Below, one piece after another: positions 6,701 to 12,290 of a stretch of 18,720 bases of DNA; position 1 is the stretch's first letter; every line of letters starts with the position of its first letter. Source of the DNA: an uncultured bacterium (GTDB taxonomy: Bacteria; SAR324; NAC60-12); NCBI GenBank assembly GCA_964010765.1, contig CAXGMD010000069.1, positions 1-18,720 on the forward strand, written 5' to 3'. The notes under the pieces were generated by a model, which made no database searches, had not been told where the DNA came from, and was given only the letters and a program-made list of their open reading frames with translations. A program made the translations under genes and the position numbers.

Positions 6701-9192
6701 ACACTGTCATTATCTCTTCCGCTGAGTAGCAGTTGGAAGCGGAGTTCCTTGTTGCTGTGAAAGAGTTCCAGTCGTAAAGCAGTCGCTGAGAGCAAGGAAC
6801 TGCCATTGTCCTGCTCTAGAGAGACTTGGCTGAGATCAGGCGTGACGTTGTCAAAGAGGATCTCAAAAGGATAGCCCCAGCCGATGTTGCCAGCTCGGTC
6901 CTGTACCCAAAGAACCAGGGACTGGGGGTTGGGATCACTGAGATTGTCAAAGACAAAACTCTGGTTGTCCCAGGCTGGCAACAGTGAACTGAAATTGTCG
7001 AAGCTGGCTATTCCAGGTGCATCACACGCAGGAGAGTTGTCAGGGTTGTCATTACCCGGATTGGGAACTCCATTGGCAAAGGCTCTCAACTCTTCAAGAC
7101 GCACACACTCCCATCGGGGGTCGATCCGAGTAATGTTGTCCCAAAGCTGGGAGCGGTCCGCCAAGCTCATTGGCGAATGGGGAAAGTCCTGCCAGCTTTC
7201 GAGATCTTTTGCAGGGTAGCTGTTTATACGGGTGACCAGGTAGCGCCAGGCGCCACTCAGATTGTCATTGGCCATCACCAGATAGGGTAGAGTGGGTTGG
7301 TTGGTGGCCTTTGGCAAAGTGAGCAGCCCGATCGGTGGGCTATAGTCGAGATTCACAGTGACACTTCGATTGTCGAGCAAGGTCCCATTGTCTTGACGGT
7401 ACCAGACTCGAACGTTTTGCTCACCTTCTGCTCCCTCCAACTCAAAGGGGACCTGCACTGGATAAAACAGGGGCAGTCTCCACTTACTCTCATTGTCTAC
7501 TGGAGCCTCACCCTGCCCGAGTTGGTACTGTGATCCTCCTTCCCCGACCATCAGCCCAATCAGCCGATCCCGGCTGACGTTATCATGAAACTCCCCAAGG
7601 TGTTGCAGTGAGGCCACTCCGCTACTTGGTCCGGAACCCGTCTGGAACCGCCAGCTGAGGTTGTCGTTTTCCAAGCCCTCGAAGGAGCGCAGACTTCCGG
7701 CCACCAAAGTAATTGTGAAGTTGTCATTGGCAGTCAAATCGTTACTAGGCAAACAGGAGATACTGATTGACTGCAGGCTGTTGGCACAGCTTACTTGGCT
7801 GCCATTGTCCAGTTGGAGATTCCAGCGGATACCCTGGGATCCGACAAAGAGTGGTCCATCGAAGGTTAAGGAAAGTACAGAGTTGGTGGGAACACTGGTA
7901 GAATTATTGTCAGGATGGAGCTGGACTAGCCTGGGGAAGAGAGAGCTAGGATGGTCTGCGGTAGAGAAGCTCCAGCTGAAATCAGCCTCAAGACTTCTGC
8001 CGGATTGGCTCAGTAGACCTCGTGAGACTGTAGCGTTAAACTGAGAATGCTGGGGGAGAGCTGTAGTTGGTTTAAAGAGAAGCCAGTTACGCTCAGTGGA
8101 GAGGGTGCCACTGAGCGGGCTGCCATTGCTATCGCTGAGCAGGAAGGAAGCAGGACCGATGGTGGAGGCTCGCAAGTTTTCATCAAAGACGACCCCAATA
8201 AGACCAGATGGAGAGGTGTGGTCTTCATTCTGAGCGGGAATGGTGGTGAAAGGCTTTAGGGCCCCTAGATTTTTGAGCCTCATGGTTCCCGCTAAGTGTC
8301 GCAGAGCACGATCTGCTGGGACTGCTAACTGGTCAAAGGAGGTGCCGTTGAGGGCTACGGAAGAATTGTCTCCAAAGTTCAAATTGGGGTTTAGTCCAGC
8401 GATTACGGAAGCATCGAGTTGAATGCCATTTTGGGGATCAGTGTCTCGGTCCATGGATTGGAGGAGTCTGGCAAAGTTGGTCACCCGATCGTCACTTTCG
8501 CCCTCCGTAACCTCGAACAGACTGTAGGGAGTCAACACTGCAGGGGGCTGTGTGAAGTTACCAAGGGGGAGGTTGCCCAGAGAGAGTGAGACCAGATTGT
8601 CTGGGAAGTAGTAAAGCAGTCCATCCTGGTTGGTGGTAGCGGTAGTTCCCCCAGTAGAGTAGGTCAGCCCTTTGACAGCAGAGTCGAGAAAGAGAGCTTC
8701 CCGCTGAAGCTGGACGGTCAGGCTTTGTGAAGTGGTTGAAGACTCAGAGGAGATACTGAAAGGTTCTGTCACCCCGAAGTCAATCGCATCTTGATCAAGA
8801 GTTTGGTTAGCCAGTTTTGTTTCGAGTTGACTGAGACTGAAGGTCTCAGCGTAACGATAGATGAAGAGTTGGAGGGATGTGTCCAGATCCAGGGAGAGAG
8901 TGATTTGGTTGAATTGGAGATCCAGAATGCCATAGCTCACAAAGTTGCTGGGCCCTTGCTCGGAGAAGGCCGTTCCACCGGGGACGACCACGATGAACTC
9001 GGTCAGTCGAGAGGCAGTGCCTGAGCGAGCCAGACGGTCAGCACGATGCTGCAAAGTCAGCGTTACTTCGGCTTGTTGACGCGACTCCCCTTCCTTCGGC
9101 AACGGAGCACAAGTCACCAGAAGTAAAGAGAGTAAACAAAGTAGCCGACCACTACAAAAGACAGGCTTGACCAGAAAAAACCGGAGTATCAC
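793..9192 (-). CDS. Giant (2799 aa) multidomain surface lipoprotein / putative adhesin
   Basis: Uninterrupted 8.4-kb ORF with a GTG start and a signal peptide ending in L-V-T-C (Cys28). Domains recognised by motif: an LDSAV...RLLQSMDRDTDPQNGI module (~8415-8695); SbsA/Big_5-like Ig domains (~7960-8250, 7640-7935, 5275-5585, 3990-4275, 2765-3055); two LamG-like jellyrolls (GL[VI]AYYP...G.[LI]DE...YNR.L...EI.AL; ~5600-6195 and 2105-2740); a GLUG-type VGGLVG repeat region (~4300-5270); six Kelch-like blades (~3075-3975); W.KD.AGN[IV] repeats; a 10-Cys C-terminal domain. Confidence 0.92.
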   Translation of the reverse strand: MILRFFLVKPVFCSGRLLCLLSLLLVTCAPLPKEGESRQQAEVTLTLQHRADRLARSGTASRLTEFIVVVPGGTAFSEQGPSNFVSYGILDLQFNQITLSLDLDTSLQLFIYRYAETFSLSQLETKLANQTLDQDAIDFGVTEPFSISSESSTTSQSLTVQLQREALFLDSAVKGLTYSTGGTTATTNQDGLLYYFPDNLVSLSLGNLPLGNFTQPPAVLTPYSLFEVTEGESDDRVTNFARLLQSMDRDTDPQNGIQLDASVIAGLNPNLNFGDNSSVALNGTSFDQLAVPADRALRHLAGTMRLKNLGALKPFTTIPAQNEDHTSPSGLIGVVFDENLRASTIGPASFLLSDSNGSPLSGTLSTERNWLLFKPTTALPQHSQFNATVSRGLLSQSGRSLEADFSWSFSTADHPSSLFPRLVQLHPDNNSTSVPTNSVLSLTFDGPLFVGSQGIRWNLQLDNGSQVSCANSLQSISISCLPSNDLTANDNFTITLVAGSLRSFEGLENDNLSWRFQTGSGPSSGVASLQHLGEFHDNVSRDRLIGLMVGEGGSQYQLGQGEAPVDNESKWRLPLFYPVQVPFELEGAEGEQNVRVWYRQDNGTLLDNRSVTVNLDYSPPIGLLTLPKATNQPTLPYLVMANDNLSGAWRYLVTRINSYPAKDLESWQDFPHSPMSLADRSQLWDNITRIDPRWECVRLEELRAFANGVPNPGNDNPDNSPACDAPGIASFDNFSSLLPAWDNQSFVFDNLSDPNPQSLVLWVQDRAGNIGWGYPFEILFDNVTPDLSQVSLEQDNGSSLLSATALRLELFHSNKELRFQLLLSGRDNDSVFLLAQLDNASTPAMHDANWQATGQQYYSIALDNTSDLQQQTLSLWLKDQAGNIAALSTRTAYWSRLYDGEERLDNQSSPTANRYAALTLKYPQTLSSSYPLEQLRVSRSSDNQSVSGQWNIDNDSLVFWMEGPLQPEQGYQLEIKGHVDNLSLYASQVFHFQSDNQTLDLNQGLVAYYPLDENPPVERQNQETAVANGGPSLTRDRFNRENNSLELDGVDDYVKGITNTKLPFGNSKRSLCAWIRSNDDNNGMPVRYGDDVTNGGFGIYLNDSDQWSLWKHNSDINSGISDNSRWNLHCLLYDQNYLKYYYNLQNVIDQSILSLNTASSDNLTIGWSHDLHYFRGKLDEIRVYNRPLQIAEIKALYAVADPNPPEITSSTPANNETGFSVADNLTITFDKPLDGSTIQASSVELRRSDNTTVAGNLYLDPNDNRSLIFDPIENLSSLTNYTLYLHSSIRDFIGNSISPTQIPFQTQMLGGGSATDPFLISNEEGLREIIKNMNAHYTFTNNIILTKVWTPLGTSTNKFNGTINGDNYTISNLIIDNQTDNFTGFFRFVSGTINDLKFKDAYIRGYERVGLLSGKQTTGSISHIEIDNLTVVGLHSKSGGIIGESFGSISKISIKNLNLSGQDSVGGLVGRMAAGSIQLSSVMGNVAGDNKVGGLVGNLANGSITNSYALTDITDSLGGSGMFLGGLTGRYSGAGPIKNSYAIGSISGGTDIGGVVGDNDSGGIVINTYYNSQLAQSSFNTIGDNRTETQLKHTLTSTDIVDGAQTYTGWDFNNIWDPGSACDYPRLRWQNEPLQVSCVLHDGLDNANAASRSAGIQIGFNRPLDNNTLIFGDTLKITPAVRLDNFSYDNTSQILTLQPAEPLVAGTVYTIQFQNIRSADQQSIIDNFTHTFTTGQLGAIWIQATANADFLPLNAARLEVFQNKLWLLGGNNGSVSNQIWTSENGVDWSIFSTSTQSLEMWVQRQNHSSTVFQNKLWVLGGHSGSGANPNSIWSSPNGVTWSITENSEWSKRWRNSTVVFNDRLWVIGGHNSGWKNDAWSSVDGTNWDQENTSSVWVDYGAESTAVVFDGKIWMLGGWQGPNPGTLINTIRNSSDGKTWQTVTPQGAIWEPRWDHQAVIFDNKIWVIGGEVRNDSSAPDLNFNDVWYTADGTNWIELVDAADWPARSRFTSTIFDNKLWIATGDNGAGQRFNDVWYTEGSGLIVASMRDNATDINRTPELWMRLSYPLNPDSLNPTNFFLQQDNGSLSSGTPLMDPDNITLRFVPDGPLDNSTAYQLIGTTGLKKQSDNKSIFQINRLLPFTTDTINPSANLSDGLIAYYPMNGNGADLGTNSLDATNHGATSSTSRLNGNAKAMSFGGGDYLQINDNSLFKPTGSLTISVWAYSDDWSTSCNSTKLILSKTQSSGYNLGCFVDSGVSKIRSQIMLGSSYVSLTHPTSSLQNGWHHFAVVHDHSSDQQILYIDGNIAELASSANEIVHGSVPLSIGAEPNSDGSASFGWRGQIDEVMLYNRALNQDEIHALINVSDSVPPLEGGVLVNSGADNTTSDTLTLNLTSRDASPIVAYQVTDNGSFTELPWISDNLTPSDNINFTTNFTLGSPLYGERQIQVRFQDQASNISQPFSDNITRLDTTPPQHLSFSLLGTAGNDNFTNSANVSFTASATDDVAAVGMYLSENSTPPLDNASSWQSFSTSGTFQLSSGQGAKQIYLWFKDAAQNISGFLMENITFDNVSPTANSILINNGADNTTSSTVTLSFYNVMGASHYFATDDSATSIPSATAAGWRDYPSSGSDNFTLTGTGMREIQVWFKDEAGNVSGSYSDNISWIVIEVSYSENFTAGTLSSSSSQCTNWNHFRDSLNGNYSSIRINGSNDSIGKICSGSAATELCNALKSGTPTSSECGGTTWRVGTCGGIELSASTSGICTCDAAFTVRPCIGNQNWGGIGGSCGSNTQSLSVVCSQ
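3075..3975 (-). repeat. Six Kelch-like repeats (beta-propeller) within the giant CDS
   Basis: VFQNKLWLLGG, VFQNKLWVLGG, VFNDRLWVIGG, VFDGKIWMLGG, IFDNKIWVIGG and IFDNKLWIATG, most followed by a W-x-S-x-[DN]-G-x-x-W-like motif. An exact 17-bp DNA duplicate, GTGTACCAGACATCATT, occurs at 3083-3099 and 3230-3246. Confidence 0.85.
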
Positions 9193-9359
9193 AAAAATTT
9201 CTTTAATGGACTAAAAACTGGTATATTATGCTGAAATTGATAGATTTATTTTGATTTTACCTTAAAGCATCTTACTATCATAACTACACCAAAGTTGGGT
9301 GCACAAAATGAGCTTGTACAGGAAAAAATTTTTTTAATCTGTGGAGGAACCAGAGTTGA

Positions 9360-10394
9360 CTAGCTGCGATGCCTCGGATCAAAGGCATCCCGAACGCCTT
9401 CGCCGATGAAAACGAGCAGGCTGAGCATCAAAGCCAAGACAAAGAATCCAGAGAGACCCAGCCACGGGGCATGGATGTTAGCTTTTCCTTGAGCAAGTAG
9501 CTCACCCAGCGAAGGCGAACCAACTGGTAGTCCAAAGCCGAGGAAGTCGAGGGAGGTCAACGTGGTGATCGAACTGTTGAGCAGAAAGGGCAGAAAGGTC
9601 AGGGTGGCGACCATTGCGTTGGGGAGGATGTGACGACGCATGATCGTGGCGTTGCTCAGTCCAAGAGCTTGGGCGGCCCGAACATATTCGAGATTACGAC
9701 CCCGAAGAAATTCAGCCCGGACGACCCCGACGAGTCCCATCCAACTGAACAAGAGCATAATGCCGAGCAGCCACCAGAAATTGGGTTCCACGAAGCTGGA
9801 GAGGATGATCAACAGGAACAGCACCGGCAATCCAGACCAGACTTCGATGAAGCGCTGACCACCCAGATCGACCCAGCCTCCGTAATAGCCTTGCAGGGCC
9901 CCAAAAGCGACGCCAAGGATCGAACTGAAGATCGTCAGGCAGAGTCCAAACAAAACCGAAATACGAAAGCCATAGATCAAGCGCGCCATGACGTCGCGTC
10001 CCTGGTCGTCAGTTCCCAACCAGTTTTCTGAAGAGGGAGGGGCTGGGGCCGGGACACTCAGGTTGTAGTTGATCGTGTCATAGCTGTAGCGAATCATTGG
10101 CCAGAGGATCCAACCCTTTTCTTCGATCAGGTCCTTGACAAAAGGATCGGTATATTCTGCTTCAGTCGCAAACTCTCCACCAAATTGAGTCTCAGAATAC
10201 TCTACCAAAAAAGGGGTGTAGAATTCTCCGTCAAAGCGAATCAATAGGGGCTTGTCGTTGGAGACGAGTTCTGCCAGTAGGCTGAAAAAAAAGAGAAAGA
10301 GGAAAAACCAGAGGGACCAATAGCCTCGTCGGTTGGCACGGAAAGCCCGCAGGCGTCGTTGATTGATTGGATTGGAGAGAAGGGAAGAGGCCAT
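9360..10394 (-). CDS. yejE: Peptide ABC transporter permease, YejE/OppC/DppC type
   Basis: Characteristic N-terminus (LSNPINQRRLRAFRANRRGYWSLW), NWLGTDDQGRDV..RLIYGFRIS, EAA loop (EYVRAAQALG) and C-terminal GEGVRDAFDPR. Confidence 0.88.
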   Translation of the reverse strand: MASSLLSNPINQRRLRAFRANRRGYWSLWFFLFLFFFSLLAELVSNDKPLLIRFDGEFYTPFLVEYSETQFGGEFATEAEYTDPFVKDLIEEKGWILWPMIRYSYDTINYNLSVPAPAPPSSENWLGTDDQGRDVMARLIYGFRISVLFGLCLTIFSSILGVAFGALQGYYGGWVDLGGQRFIEVWSGLPVLFLLIILSSFVEPNFWWLLGIMLLFSWMGLVGVVRAEFLRGRNLEYVRAAQALGLSNATIMRRHILPNAMVATLTFLPFLLNSSITTLTSLDFLGFGLPVGSPSLGELLAQGKANIHAPWLGLSGFFVLALMLSLLVFIGEGVRDAFDPRHRS

Positions 10395-10405
10395 GAGTGT
10401 TTGCT

Positions 10406-11215
10406 TTAGGAATCCAACAAGCGTCGAGCGAGTGTTAAGCTGCCCACAAAAGTCACCCCAGATTTTTTGAGAACACGCACAATCTCGTTCAAGGTTGCCC
10501 CCGAGGTCATCACGTCATCCACAAGCCAGACACGATCCGGGAGATTCGTAAAATGAACCTAAAAAACATTCTGCACATTCTTGCGTCTTTGTTCAATGTT
10601 CAAGGTGGTTGCTTGACTGGATCCTTGGATTTTTCGCGTGATTGGATTGGTCTTGGGCAGGCACAAAGTGGAGATGTGTCGCTGAATTTCCAATGCCAGC
10701 AATTGAGCCTGGTTGAACTGTCTCTGGCGCAAGCGACTGTTGGAGAGAGGCACAGGAACTAACGGCCCAGTCAACTCGACTCCCTTAATCATCAGCCCTT
10801 CATGAAAAAGCGTCCCCAGCAATTTGCGGAGCCTCTCTTGTTGCGAGAACTTGAAACTCAGCAGCGACTCTCGAATCGAATCTTCGTAACGCAAGACGCT
10901 GTGACATTCGTCCAGATGCCAGGTTGGAAAATTCTTGCAGGCTGAGCAGCCGAATTGGGATGGGTTCAAGGTGGGTTGTGCACAACGCAGACAGTGAGTC
11001 CTGATCCAAGGTAGGTTGACCTCGCACGAATAGCACAGCAGGTTGGTGAAAGGGCTTTCCGAATCTCCCCAAAGTGCCTGTCCACACTGCCAACACTGAC
11101 AAGGTAGCCATTTGCCTGGATTCAGCCAACTCTCAAATATAGTTCGCCAATTTGTCTTCCGACTGACCATCCGCGGTTGAAGTTGAATCACTTTGGGTGG
11201 GGTTTCTTTCGTCAA
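10406..11215 (-). pseudogene. comF: ComF family protein (double zinc ribbon + phosphoribosyltransferase domain) interrupted by an in-frame TAG at 10559-10561
   Basis: Four CxxC motifs (CWQC, CYSC, CLRC, CSAC), VPVPLS..RLRQRQFNQA and RRKNVQNVF. After the TAG the same frame continues VHFTNLPDRVWLVDDVMTSGATLNEIVRVLKKSGVTFVGSLTLARRLLDS to TAA at 10406-10408. The start is uncertain (TTG 11215 or ATG 11170). The stop could be a sequencing error. Confidence 0.85.
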
Positions 11216-11489
11216 AACTTTGATTGTTCAAGGCCAACAGACCCTGAACAGTGGGACGATCACGCCAAATGCCAAGCATCAGAAAATAACCGGTCAGCCC
11301 CCCAATAACCAGCAAGCTGAACTCTCCCCACTGTGAAGTCAGCCCAAGATCTATACCGACAAGAGCCCCTGGAATGATGGCGAATCCTGGAAATCTTAGT
11401 GCTCGCTCACCGCCAGCCAACAGCAACGTGAAAGCCCCAATGAAGAGACCCAGAATCGTAGCCATGATCAGAATTTGTAGAAAAGCCAT
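11133..11489 (-). CDS. Small hypothetical membrane protein (about 3 TM helices, polar acidic tail)
   Basis: ATG start, three Gly-rich hydrophobic segments, co-oriented and filling the gap between the nuclease gene and comF. Its 3' end overlaps the comF 5' region. Confidence 0.65.
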   Translation of the reverse strand: MAFLQILIMATILGLFIGAFTLLLAGGERALRFPGFAIIPGALVGIDLGLTSQWGEFSLLVIGGLTGYFLMLGIWRDRPTVQGLLALNNQSFDERNPTQSDSTSTADGQSEDKLANYI

Positions 11490-11549
11490 GATGTTTTTAG
11501 GTAAGGGATGTGATGAATCTAAAATTTAATTTTCAGAGATGGTTGTTGG

Positions 11550-12290
11550 TCAAGCAGGATCGTCAAATTCTGGGGGAGCCGCATAGGCTTTATACTCGAT
11601 CAAGGATTCCTGCAATAATCGATCACCGACGTCTAGGGTTTCTTTCTCCAATTCAGCAACCACCACTCGGTAGGGAGTGTTGCGCTCGACAAAGATCAGA
11701 TAGAAGGGGAGCCATTCGCCAGTGAGTTGGTAAATTCCCTGACGATACCAGGCGGCTTGAAAAGCATAGTGCCATTGGGTGTTGGCCTCGGTGATGGTCC
11801 GATAGGAAAATTTGAGATCTGCGATGAAGGCTTTCTCCGGACAGAACAGATCCAACCGGCCCTTGCAGCGCAAGCTGTTCTCAGGGGCTTCCCAGAAAAG
11901 TGAGACCTCCTTGAGGCTATTTTCCAGCATCCAGCTGGCCTTTGGGTGTGTGTTGACTGCATTCTGCGCATTCATCAATGCATCCCAGACGTTTGTGGGC
12001 AGCATGGTTGGACGAAATTCCTCGCTGGATGGTTCCTCCTCTGCTTCCAGTTTTTTTAACTTTCTGAGCGAAATCCCTGGGGCAAGTCTCTGATAGTCCT
12101 GCTCAAATCTCTCCGGTTCAAGCAGGAGACAGTGGCCCGCATTGCCGATCAGAACACCATGCGGGTTGTAGTAATTCCCAGGTCGGAAAATCTGCTTTAG
12201 AGTCGACTGATTCAGTCCTTGAGCTTGTTGATATTGCTCAAAGGGCATCTCCTCAAAAATACCGGTTTGAAAGTCGGCTTCCTCCATCAT
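11550..12290 (-). CDS. PD-(D/E)XK nuclease, RecE (exonuclease VIII) C-terminal / DUF3799-like
   Basis: Motifs G..[AG][23 protein letters not shown]...IADLK, Y..QAAWY and FIFVE-like [10 protein letters not shown]. Start placed at ATG 12290, which overlaps the gcvP stop (ATGA), giving 246 aa. Confidence 0.8.
   Translation of the reverse strand: MMEEADFQTGIFEEMPFEQYQQAQGLNQSTLKQIFRPGNYYNPHGVLIGNAGHCLLLEPERFEQDYQRLAPGISLRKLKKLEAEEEPSSEEFRPTMLPTNVWDALMNAQNAVNTHPKASWMLENSLKEVSLFWEAPENSLRCKGRLDLFCPEKAFIADLKFSYRTITEANTQWHYAFQAAWYRQGIYQLTGEWLPFYLIFVERNTPYRVVVAELEKETLDVGDRLLQESLIEYKAYAAPPEFDDPA

Noticed and set aside
872..9024. Short plus-strand and alternate-frame ORFs inside the giant gene, and similar ones inside yejE, gcvP and the ClC gene
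   Set aside because: They are shadow ORFs lying wholly within well-supported genes and have no recognisable motifs.
9285..9303. NtrC binding site
   Set aside because: The half-sites resemble TGCACC/GGTGCA but the spacer is 7 bp instead of 5, and I found no sigma54 -24/-12 element downstream.
10559..10561. Genome-wide TAG reassignment explaining the comF stop
   Set aside because: TAG ends yejE and the lolA-like gene at their expected C-termini, and no other gene here has an internal TAG.
10561..10566. Phase variation of comF by slippage in the T6 run before the stop
   Set aside because: The downstream domain is already in frame, so a 1-2 nt slip would not restore the protein; a substitution is needed.
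11550..12290. Prophage or mobile element around the RecE-like gene
   Set aside because: No integrase, structural genes, att-like repeats or compositional shift. The Xis-like HTH at 15406 is part of an EIIA fusion, not an excisionase gene.
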